Below the pieces are notes generated by a model, which saw only the letters and a list, made by a program, of their open reading frames with translations, did not search any database and had not been told where the DNA came from. A program made the translations under genes and the position numbers. DNA of 62,975 nucleotides, the filler included, from Conidiobolus incongruus B7586 (lineage: Eukaryota), in NCBI GenBank assembly GCA_000697335.1. It is 6 parts of 6 records of this genome, joined end to end, with 100 filler letters (N's around TTAATTAATTAA, not from the genome) between each part and the next. Parts side by side here need not be neighbours in the genome. Positions count along the whole stretch, not along the records: positions 21,139 to 38,228 come from JNEM01006214.1; 5 more parts are not named here. The stretch is one strand, 5' to 3'. The number at the start of each line of letters is the position of its first letter. Position 1 is the first letter of the stretch. Of this stretch, positions 26,843 to 38,328 are shown in pieces.

Positions 26843-27079
26843 ATGCCATCAATGCCCAATGACAGTGATAATGACAAAATCGGCTTATATATTCTATTAA
26901 TCATGCTAGTCATACTCGTTTTTATTCTGGTATTGTGGTGCTGCTTGAGCTCATGTCTTGGTACTTATTTCCTAAGGTGGTTAGGGTGGGAGAATTGCTG
27001 CAAAAATCCATACAGAAGGAAGAATTATCACTCGGAAATTAATGAAGAGACTGAGGAGGACTACGAACTGTTAGAATGA
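26843..27079 (+). CDS. Small single-pass membrane protein with juxtamembrane Cys cluster
   Basis: 78 aa; TM IGLYILLIMLVILVFILVLW followed by CCLSSC...NCC and an acidic tail; coding-like GC. Confidence 0.65.
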   Translation: MPSMPNDSDNDKIGLYILLIMLVILVFILVLWCCLSSCLGTYFLRWLGWENCCKNPYRRKNYHSEINEETEEDYELLE

Positions 27080-27102
27080 TTTACTAGTATGCCAGAATTC
27101 CA

Positions 27103-27918
27103 CTAATCTTCCGATCCCGAGAAATCGAACTCGTCGAAGATAGCTTTGACCTTTTCGGTATCTTTGGGAGCGTTGTGGTCGGTACCAAAGTGGGAGTACA
27201 CCCTGCTGATATCATCTTTGTGAATGAACTGTTCGTCCTCTACCTTCACGTCGTTCTGGTCCAAATTCAGTTTGTCGAGACCTTCGCCCTCTCTTTGTAG
27301 TTTACTCTTCAGGGGTCGGATGAGGTCAGGATGAGCAAGAAGTCCAGATCGCATCACCACTTCACCAGGGTAAGGCGGCTCTGCAGGGATATTTCTCGTG
27401 GCATTGTCAAAATTAGGAGGTGCCGACGTAGTGCTGCTAATTCTCTGAGCATACGATAACACTGTTGAAATATCTACCATATGTCCCCGGCTGTTTTCAT
27501 TTAATTTGGACTGGGCTCTTGTGATCAATTGATAGAGGTTCGCTTTAGCAAGTTGCAACTGTTCGATCATTTTTAGGACTGCACGCTCCTCCTTCCCTAA
27601 TTCGTGGTCAATAGCATCCAAATGAGCCTGAATTCTACGATGGTTGATAATATACGGCAACGAAGTGGTCAACTTCTCATTCAGCTCCAGCAACTCATTC
27701 AAGGCATTTGGAATGTTTGGTAAACTATTGGTCTTCCCTTCAATTGTTCCATTAATTAATTTGAATAATTTTTGAATCGCTAACAAATACTGCTTTAATA
27801 AATCGGACATATAATCTTTCAAACTAACTTTGTAAAATGGATTCTTCTCATCTTCAATTCTTTCTAGATTTATAGGTGGAATAGTATTGGGTATAGATGG
27901 ATTTTGTAAATTAGACAT
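27103..27918 (-). CDS. MED4: Mediator of RNA polymerase II transcription subunit 4
   Basis: Coiled coil followed by VLSYAQRIS...PP...PYPGEVVMRSGLL, the conserved Med4 signature. Single exon. Confidence 0.88.
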   Translation of the reverse strand: MSNLQNPSIPNTIPPINLERIEDEKNPFYKVSLKDYMSDLLKQYLLAIQKLFKLINGTIEGKTNSLPNIPNALNELLELNEKLTTSLPYIINHRRIQAHLDAIDHELGKEERAVLKMIEQLQLAKANLYQLITRAQSKLNENSRGHMVDISTVLSYAQRISSTTSAPPNFDNATRNIPAEPPYPGEVVMRSGLLAHPDLIRPLKSKLQREGEGLDKLNLDQNDVKVEDEQFIHKDDISRVYSHFGTDHNAPKDTEKVKAIFDEFDFSGSED

Positions 27919-28036
27919 TATTTTTAAATTAACAATTATTTCATTAAAGTGAATTAGAAATAATTCGTGTCAAAATTTAAAAGAATTGAGAAAGAATCAA
28001 TTTTATGGGATAGTCAATTAAATAAAAAAAATCTGA

Positions 28037-28118
28037 TGAACAGAGAGAGGTTCGAACTCTCGCCTCCGAAGAGACCACGGCCTTAACGTGGCGCCTTAGA
28101 CCACTCGGCCATCTGTCC
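28037..28118 (-). tRNA. tRNA-Leu(AAG)
   Basis: GGACAGATGGCCGAGTGGTCTAAGGCGCCACGTTAAGGCCGTGGTCTCTTCGGAGGCGAGAGTTCGAACCTCTCTCTGTTCA: full cloverleaf, long variable arm, intact A and B boxes, downstream T-run. Confidence 0.97.
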
Positions 28119-28921
28119 ATACTTATGGAAATTATATACAATATGTATTTTTGACTGAAAATGTTTTTGCATCAATAAGACTTCTTGATTCATTGATTTC
28201 GTTATTAATTCTAATATATTTTTTGCATTTCTTCTTATCAATTTCAAATTTATTTGCTTCTTATCCTTTTATTTTTCTGATACTTTATAATTCTTTCAAC
28301 TTTCATTCGTTCATAATTTTTGCTTTATATAAATATGTTATATATTACATACATTTTTAAATTCAAAATCATATTAAATATAATTGTTCTATTTTTTCAA
28401 TTTTATTTGATTTTTAATATTATCATTATCAATATAGTAAAATAACTATCTATTACCATTTCACAAATAATTATTGAAATAATTTCACAATATCCAATTT
28501 TAATTGAAATTATGTGACTGCTTATTTATGTTATAATTTTAACAATTTTAATATTAAAATTATATTTTTAAATTTTTTATAAAAGAAATATCTAGGATAT
28601 AGTATATAATTATTAATATCAACCAAGTATAATGAGGTTTATAATAACTTTCTTTAATTTTTATAAATTACGCAATTCAATAACAAGTTACATATTGAAT
28701 TTAATGATTGGATATTGAAAGGTTTCAATTCAATCAATCTTCAATTTCAATACTAAAATAATTTAAAACAATTTATTTTATACCATAATTTTTTGATATT
28801 TTTAATTATGTGTAAATCAATTCCTATTCAAAAATAACCCTTTAATCTATTTTCTTTTAACCATCACCACCTTCCCAATAATTACCATATAATTTGGTAT
28901 TAGTATTAATCCTTGTATAAT

Positions 28922-29293
28922 ATGCCAGTTCCTCACTTTTGGTTCGGAGTAGGAGTATCGGTGATAGCGATTGGTGTTTTAGGGTATGTAACTTACCAAA
29001 TGTATTTGGAGATGGAGGAAAGGGAAAAGGAGAAGATTTATTATAAACTTTCGCACCCTCCACCTCCTTACACCAGAGAAGATAGAGAAAATTATGACCG
29101 TCAACAGAGTTTACTTCAACAGGAGCGGTTAGAGGTAAGTTTTTATTTTATTAGTGTAACCTATATCTTAATTTGTTTTTAGAACGTCAGACAAAATCTC
29201 AGAAGAGTGAACCCTACTAGATTTCGAAGAAATAGTGATGATTTTAACGATAATGAGTGGACTAAAATAGATAATAACAACATACCTCAGTAA
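28922..29293 (+). CDS. Small membrane-anchored protein with PPPY motif (2 exons)
   Basis: MPVPHFWFGVGVSVIAIGVLGYVTY TM segment and HPPPPY. Intron GTAAGT (~29134) to TTTTAG (29182); second exon NVRQNLRR...NIPQ*. The 3' end is uncertain. Confidence 0.65.
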
Positions 29294-30755
29294 CGTAACT
29301 ATTTGGAATAGTTATATGAGCTTATATTCAGGTCAATTCAGAGCTGCTCCAGTCGCTCAGCTCCTATATAATACTATCATTTCCAAAGCTAACTAATCAT
29401 AGCATTGGATAATTTCGTTTCTCAATCAAGTTCCATATTTTTTAAATATATCGATTTTTTAGTGTAATTATGATTTATTTCCAATATATATATATAATTA
29501 TTTAATAATTTTACCAAATTTAACTTTCAATTCTATTAGAAATTAATTTAGACAGTATAAGTATTTTTAAAAAGATTTACAATTCAAATTTATATTCAAT
29601 AATAATTTCTTAATATATAATTTTATATTTATATATTTGTCAAAGTTAGTGACAATTCTTCAAATATCTAATTTATCATAAATTATCATAAACTAACATT
29701 AAATATCATATTAAAACTGAATTATCTGAATGAAATACGATTAATTAATTTATTTTTATTAGGTGTTCTTGTTCATTATTAAGCATTGATTGAAATTTAT
29801 TTCATAGATATATTTTTAATTTTAATTCATTTGAATAGCTATTTTAATTAATTGATATTATAAAAAAATATATGGCCATCTTATATTTAGTATTATTTAC
29901 AGACAGTATTATTATCATAATATTTATGATTTAGTATTTATTGGATTGGCTATCTTCCATTACATTTTATCAGTAAACCCTATGTTATTGAGTTCAAGTT
30001 ATTGTTTATAAAACTTTGAACCAATTATCAAGAATTAAAGAGATTATCCAAGTATAAAAGGTCACAATTTTTAAATCTTTTACACACATAGCTCTTTCTG
30101 ATTTATAATAATAGTTATTAATGTAAATTTCAAGTTTAATAAAGCATATTAATAATTATTAATATATAATGTTTAATATCTAATATTATATTTATCAGAC
30201 TAGCACTATAAGGTATTTTATAATGAAACTATTTTTCTTTTTATTTTTAATTGATTTTTATAAATATAAATTATAATTTAATAAATAGAGATATAACAAT
30301 TGCTAAATAAATATATTTTAAATTGAATTAGTATATGTTGTATTAACTAATTCATTATTATATAAATATAATTTTATAATTTTAATTATTTGAAAAAAAA
30401 ATTATTATTTAATATTTATTTAATTGTATTTTATAAAAAATAGTATTTTGATCATGGTGAGATTATTATTCTGATTATTATACTTGAGCTGTTCTATTAG
30501 GACAATTAAACACTAAAATATAATATAATTTATAGATAAAGTATTAGTTGCAGAAAAGTGTCATGGTATTTTATAATAATAATATAAATTTAATATTAAA
30601 TACAGATACTGGTAAATAATATTAATTCGAAATAAATCTTTAAATACTATAAAATTTTTATTGCATTGTTAATTATAATCTGGATATTTTATTTAATATA
30701 CCAAATTAAAAAATTTAAACAAAAAATCACTAATATCCAATTAAGGTGTAGATAA

Positions 30756-31891
30756 TTAAATATTCCTAAAAGGATTTTCGACGAATTCGAGATTAGGAGG
30801 TGAAGAGGTAATGCCATTCCAAAACTTAAACTTATATTCATCATAGAGTTCTCTTAACCCTTGACAATATTTTTCATGTAATTGAATTATATCTTCCTCA
30901 GTTGGATTTAAGTTTTTTTCAATTTGAATAGGTTTACCAACTAATAAATATTAATAAATGTATTAAAAATGGAGTTAATAATATTATTATTACCAACAAT
31001 GTTAATAGGTACATTTTTGGGGAATAGACCCTTAGTTCCTGGGTAAATACCTCTGCCAGAAATCATTGGAATAAAAAATCCGATTTGTTTGTATAGTTTG
31101 GCCCTCAGTTTGACGTGCCAAGCTTCGAAATCCACTGGAGATTGGTCATAGACTTCATTCTCTCCAAATGCGTAAATTGGTACAAGATCAGCACTAAAAA
31201 TTTTATGAAAAACAAATTAAAAATATTTGATAATATTAAATTACCCTGATTGAAGTGCAATTTTAACAAATCCAAATCGATTTTTAATTATTAATTTTGC
31301 AGTGTTTGGTATTGCAAAAACCATTTCAGCACCACCGCCAATATTGATGGCTACACTTTTACCAGGACCCATTCCCAAAGTCTTCAATATGGATTCCTTA
31401 CTCACAGTCTGAAATCCGAATAAAAGACACAGTTCCCTAAGTAATGGAAAATATGTAAAGAACCTATGTCCCTTAATATTGACATCAATCCCTGGGAACA
31501 TTTCATCCAATCCACAAGCATTAGAATTCAGTCCAATAGCCATACCCCAAGGTGTTACACCGTGAGGATGATAGCCAAAGATATAGTTCTTTGAAGGATC
31601 CAGATCGCTAACTTTATGTAGTTTCATATTGAAATATTCGGCGCCGATTTTATATATCGAACTATTGCGATATTGATTGGATTTTGGACTACCGTATTTG
31701 GACCTAGGATCAAAGTAGATATATATGCAGTAGATTAGGACTGTATATCTATATCTCGAATAAATAGCTAATAGCATTATGAAAGTGGCAACAGTTGAGC
31801 CCAACATAGACCAAATCAACCAAATGTGCCTTAATTGTAATTTTGAATCTTTAATAGATAATTTAGAATTATTATTTTTGTTTATTTTCAT
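30756..31891 (-). CDS. DGAT2/MOGAT-family acyltransferase, copy 1 (3 exons)
   Basis: YIFGYHPHG, GGGAE, RFGFVKIALQSG / ADLVPIYAFGENE...PINIV / VGKPI...LEFVENPFRNI*. Confidence 0.92.
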
Positions 31892-31925
31892 TCTTTAGAT
31901 TATCTAATTAATTATGGTTTAATCT

Positions 31926-31927
<2 letters not shown>

Positions 31928-31954
<27 letters not shown>
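31928..31954. repeat. (AT)n microsatellite in DGAT copy 1 promoter
   Basis: About 13 AT units. Confidence 0.85.
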
Positions 31955-31959
<5 letters not shown>

Positions 31960-32732
31960 TGATTTTTGATTTGTATTTATACTTTAATAAATATGGGGTA
32001 ATTAATATTAGGAAATTATAGGAGATTACCACCCCATTCAAAGTACTAAACTGTCAATCAATAACACCAAAACTTTTTATTAATAATTTTAATTAATTTG
32101 AAATTATATATATATTCAATATATTTTTATACTGATAAAAATATCAAATCCAAGCAAACAATTTTTAAATAATAATATAATAACTGTATATATTAAAATA
32201 TTTATCAATATTTTTATAATTTTTTTAATAAAATTCATTTAAATTATTTTAATAAATAAATATTATATTTTTATTAATTATGATTCAATTTAAATTATAA
32301 TAATAATATATTTAAATAAAAAAACTTAAATAATATTATAATTGTTATAAATTAGTCAAGTGTTTATTGATAATTACATTTGTTTTTTAAATGATATATG
32401 AGTAAGTTGAAAGTGTATTTATTAATACTCGCTTTTCTATCATATTTATTATTATGGTTTACTAGATTTAATATTGAAACCTTGTTATTCTTCAAACTCG
32501 AAAATTCATTAATATTCCATTTAATTACATTCAAGATCATTTTATTAATTAATTATAGACATTTAGCATCTATGATTTTATTTATTATTAAATATTAATA
32601 TATATCATTGTTTATATTTTCAGATATTATTGGTTAATGTCTTATGAAAATTAATCAATTTTATAGTACAAATTTAAAAACTGATTTTCAGATTATAATT
32701 GAGAAGCCTCAATTCTATTAAATTTTTAATTT

Positions 32733-33863
32733 TTAAATGCTTTTTAATGGATTTTCCACCAGTTCAAGATTTGGAGGAGGAGTACCATAGTACCAAAACT
32801 TTGATTTATATTCATTAAATAAAGATTTGAGAGCTTCACAATATTGTTCATGTAATTCTATTACTTCTTCATCTGTGGGATTAGAGTTTCTCTTAACTCG
32901 AATAGGTTTACCAACTACATTTTATATTAGTTTAATGTATCAATAGTGAGCAATATAACTTAATTACCAACTATATTAATAGGAACATTTTTAGGGAATA
33001 TACCCTGAGTTCCTGGTAAAATACCTCGACCACTGATGAAAGGTATAAAAAATCCTGACATTTGATAAAATTTGGCTCTTAATTTAGCATGCCAATCATT
33101 CAAATTGACTGGATCTTGGTCAAATGCATCATTCTCACCAAATGAGTACACAGGCACAAGGTCAGCACTATTTAAAATATATTAATATATTCTCATTACA
33201 AATTAATATGGTCGATTACCCAGCCATTAATGCTATTTTAACAAATCCAAAGCGATTTTTAACGATTAATTTAGCAGTGCCCGGGACTGCAAAAACCATC
33301 TCTGCGCCACCTCCAATGTTGATGGCAACACTTTTTCCAGGTCCCTGACCAAGAGTTCTGAAAATTGACTTCTTGTTCACAGTTTGAGCTCCCATTAAAA
33401 AGCACAATTCTCTAACCAGTGGGAAACGAGAGTAGAAGTAATGCCCTTTAATATTTAGATCAATTCCAGGAAACAAATCATCAAATCCACATGCGTTAGA
33501 GTTAATACCCACTTGCATGCCCCAAGGTGTTGCACCATGAGGATGATAGCAAAATATATAGTTCCTACTCGGATCCAAATCACAGGTTTTATGTAATTTC
33601 ATATCAAAGTATTCTGCAATAGTTTTAAAAACTATACTGTTTCTATATTGGTTTGACGTTGGACTACCATACATCGATTTAGGATCAAAGTATATATAGA
33701 TAAAGTATAACAGTACAAAGTGCCAGTACCCCCAATAAACTAATGAAGCAAGAATAGCAGCACCCAAAACAGGAACCACAATTGAAATAATCAAAAAAAT
33801 ATGTTTAAAATGTAAAGTTGAATCTTTCAAAGGGACTGCTAAGTTATTATTTGTAATTTTCAT
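32733..33863 (-). CDS. DGAT2/MOGAT-family acyltransferase, copy 2 (3 exons)
   Basis: YIFCYHPHG, GGGAE, RFGFVKIALMAG / ADLVPVYSFGEND / VGKPI...VENPLKSI*. Same intron positions as copy 1. Confidence 0.92.
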
Positions 33864-36241
33864 TATATTTTTTTATAAAACTTTTTAATTTAAAAAAATA
33901 ATATAATAAAATATTTAATGATGTATTTATAATAAAATTTCAATCAGAATTTGAATCAATTGTGTAACTTTAATTAATAATATGATTTGTTAAGTTAATT
34001 TAATTTATTATAATAAGGGAAAACTTATTGTTGATCAATTTTTATTTTATCTGATATTTTGTCAAGTATAAACTTACTCAATTAAGTATAAATTAATTTT
34101 TTAATTAATAATATATTAAGTGGTTAATTTAATACTTTTTTTTATTTCATAATTATTTAATTGATAAAATGAAATTTTATAAATTTTAAATTAAATTAAA
34201 TTTTTAATATAAAAGTATAATTAAATATTCTAAAATAATATTCAATTTAAATAAATTAATATTCGCTTAAAATATGGACTAGTGTAATATTAATATTTAT
34301 AATTAAAATAATTATATAGTTTACATTTATTGAATAATTTTTTAGGTATCTAAAAATATCCATTATTATTCTCGCTGAATTCAACAAGTTTTTATCATTG
34401 ATATTTTTATTATACACTAGTTTTAATTGTTATTATAATTATAAAACCTATAATTTTTGCAAATAATTAATCTTAATTAAATTTTTTAAAATATAAATTA
34501 TTATTTAATTTTTATACTTGTTAAAAATTATTTTAATAATGGTAAAGTAAATATATTCATTTATATATTAATTCAATTATAATTTTTATAACATAAATAA
34601 AATATTAATCAAGTTACTTTAAATATTAAATTGAAATTATAAAAAAGGGGGGTTTAAATTTAATCAAATATTAATATTGGATCCATTCAAAATTCAAAGA
34701 ATCTGAGAAGGGTTATTGATATTATACACCCATATTGATCCATTATTATAAGTGGAAATCAATTGAAATAAAAATATAAATATAATTTTAAAAATACTGA
34801 TGCTTTGTATTATTTTGATAACCACAATATATACATGAAAATTTATGACATATTTTTTAAACATCATAATCATTAAAATATTAAGAGTGGCTAATAGTTT
34901 TTACAAATAATTTTTTCATTTTATAATATATAATATATAGTAATTATTAGTTTTTTTAATGAATAATATACTTTCTTTACTAGATAATTAATTTATGATA
35001 AATTTAATTAAAATTTTTCAAAAATTTTTAATATTAATTAATATAATTTTTTTTAAATTAAATAATTTGAAATAATATTAATATATTGAACTTAGGTATA
35101 TATTCTTTGGACCAATGCACATTTAGATAAAATATTTTAATACTAGGTACTAATATCACTCAATAATTAGTAAATGTATTAATACCAATCTCTGCAATGG
35201 GTATAGTGAGGTTAGTAGTAAATAAATGTTGATTAATTGCAACTTGGAATCCTTCAACAAGACATTTCAATTATCACATTTTACGACTAGTATAATAATT
35301 GGTTTTTAATCTAGCCAGGTTTGAATAAAATTTTCTGAACATTATTTATATTCTAATAAATTAGATTTAATGAAAAACTACTTGAATTCATTAATTTGAG
35401 ATATTGTGGCTCTACCAATTGCTAGTAGGACGCTATTAATATGGAAGGAAGCGGTTTCCTCGTGGATTATTTTTATAGTTTGAATTAAAGTGCTTTATTA
35501 GGGCTTGCTAAGGGTTTAGTAGACTTTACAAAAGACCAGATGTGATGATGAAAATGTATTCCAACAATGGTTCTTTTATAGACCATTCATTGTCGTGGGT
35601 AATGTAAAGTGTATTAGGTCTTCAGAAAAGTGAGACCTTAAAGTGGTGTGACGGGTATTCCGGGGTTATATCTTCATAAAGCAATAGATAATGAGAAGTT
35701 AGTTGGGTGAGTTATCATCTAGGTGACCAGAATATATTTTACTTGGCCAATTAGCTGCAAATAAATAGATTATAGTATATGAATATAATTATTTTTTTTC
35801 TAAATTAATTTAATATTAAAGGAGAAATAATTATACAAAAAATATATATGATTCATATGTATATTTTTGAAATTAAAAAGTTTACAATTTAAAATAAATT
35901 TTATAAAAATTTATCAATAATTTAAATATAAATTACTAATTATTATATTGTAATATTGAATTTGGTGAGTATATTAAAATCCATATTTTTTAATATATTA
36001 TATAAAATTAAATTATATATTTATATTCTATTATATTTTTTTCATTTATGTTAAATTTCTGATAAAAATTCTTAGAAATTAATGGCAAAAAAAGTTAAAT
36101 ATTCTCAATAAAAATGTATTTTAATAAGAACTTGAAATTAATAATAAAATGCTGATAAAATTTTGGATATAAGATATTAGCGTAAGATATTTAAGAATTT
36201 AATTAAAAGTAATTAATTTAATTATTTTTATAATTTAATGG

Positions 36242-37375
36242 TTATATGTATTTTAATGGATTTTCAACAAGTTCAAGTGAAGGAGGTGATGTAGTTTTAT
36301 CATACCAAAATTGGGATTTGTATTGATCATATAGAGATTTAAGTGATTCACAATATTGTTCATGTAATTCCATTACTTCTTCATCGGTAGGATTAGAGTT
36401 TCTCTTGACTGGAATCGGTTTACCAACTAAATTTGATATCAATTTAATATATCAATAATGAGCAATATAACTTAATTACCAACTACATTGATAGGTACGT
36501 TTTTGGGGAACATACCTTTTGTTCCTGGTAAAATACCTCGACCTGTAAAATTAGGGATGAAGAATCCAAATTTTTTATATATCCAAACCCTGAGTTTAAA
36601 ATGCCATTTGTTGAAATCTACGGGAGTCTGGTCATATGCTTCAGTTTCTCCAAATCCAAAGACAGGTACAAGATCAGATCTATAAAAATTCCATCAATAT
36701 CAATTATATAGGACATAAAATAAAGAATTACCCAGTTATTACAGCAATTTTAATGAATCCAAAGCGATTTTTAACAATCAATTTGGCTGTTCCCGAGACT
36801 GCATAAATCATTTCTGCACCACCTCCGATATTAATAGCAACACCCTTTCCAGGCCCTTGACGAAGAGTTCTCAAAATTGATTCTTTATTAACAGATTGAG
36901 CCCCAAACATTAAGAACAGCTCCCTTAAAAGAGGATAGCATATACTCAACCTATGTCCTTTAATATTTAGATCAATACCTGGGAACATGTCATCGAATCC
37001 ACAGACATTAGAATTCAATGCAGCGAACATTCCCCAAGGGACAATGCCGTGAGGATGATAGCAAAATATATAGTTCTTTCTGGAATCTAAATCAGCTGTC
37101 TTATGTAATTTCATATCAAAATACTCGGCAATAATTTTAAATATTTTATGATCCCTGTATTGATTGGACGTTGTACTACCAGACTTGGATCTAGGATCAA
37201 AATAAATATATATCAAATAGGCTAACAAAATATACCAATATCCCCAATAAATAAGTGAAATCATAATCAAATCAGCTATTATTGGGACAACTATGAAAAA
37301 AATTAACCAAATATGCTGAAATTGTAAATTTGAATCTTTAATAGATCGTTTCAAATTATTATTATTCATTGACAT
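36242..37375 (-). CDS. DGAT2/MOGAT-family acyltransferase, copy 3 (3 exons)
   Basis: YIFCYHPHG, GGGAE, RFGFIKIAVITG / SDLVPVFGFGETE / VGKPIPV...VENPLKYI*. Same intron positions as copies 1 and 2. Confidence 0.92.
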
Positions 37376-37981
37376 ATTAAAAAAATTTTTTATAATTTAA
37401 TTTTATTCAAATTATTTCATACTTTAAAAGCTATTTATACTTAATTTATTAATTAATTTAATACAATTTAAAATAAATTTTGATTTATGTAACTAAATAA
37501 AGCCTTTAAAATTAATTATACCTTTTATTATTTTATATAATTTTCTGTAATTCATATTAAGTTTGAAAGTTTAAGTAGAATATAGCGAATATATTGATTA
37601 ATACAGATGCTTAATCAATTATTTAATTAATTCATTTTTGAAATTAATCTATCTAAAAATAATAACTTTAGATTGAAGTGAATTCAGTTTAATCAAAGTT
37701 TCACAATATAATTTTTCAACTATCGAGAAAAAGCAGATTACAATAAATTAAATTTTTTATACAACACATACATACATACATATATATATAATTTCCTTTA
37801 TACTTTATATAACCAATTTACAAATTAAAATATTAAATTATTTATTTATTTTATTAAATATTTATTATATTATTTGCATAAATTATTAAATTTTATTAAT
37901 TAATTAAAAACTATTAAATAATAAATTATATGGAAAAATAATTAAATTTAAATTGATTAGTAATAAATTTATTTAATTATT

Positions 37982-38228
37982 AATGCAGAAATTAAGTAAT
38001 GGCACAATTTTGAAATTAAAATTAAACAAATAAATTAATAAATAATATATAAAAATTAATAAATAATATAAAATTAATAGCTTGTTATATTATTAATAAC
38101 TCTTTTTTATATTTTTAGTAAGCTTTTAATATTTAAAAATAATTCTTTTTATTAAAGATTAAAATTTGATATTTTATAAATTAATTTAATTTGTTTACAG
38201 GAATTTTTTTTCTTGTAAGCTGTTTTTT
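37982..38228 (-). repeat. Family 2 repeat, inverted relative to 21557-21803
   Basis: The reverse complement is identical to 21557-~21765, then differs by 6 transitions in the last ~40 bp. Confidence 0.9.
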
Positions 38229-38328
38229 NNNNNNNNNNNNNNNNNNNNNNNNNNNNNNNNNNNNNNNNNNNNTTAATTAATTAANNNNNNNNNNNNNNNN
38301 NNNNNNNNNNNNNNNNNNNNNNNNNNNN

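Noticed and set aside
28151..28360. Hydrophobic F/I/L/Y-rich ORFs (also 32398-32598 and 59053-59244)
   Set aside because: Expected translation of AT-rich non-coding DNA; no coding-like composition.
21139..38228. Giant cargo-carrying transposon (Starship- or Maverick-like) defined by the inverted ends
   Set aside because: No recombinase, integrase or polymerase inside, the content includes core genes (MED4, tRNA-Leu), and the repeats are members of a dispersed family at contig ends.
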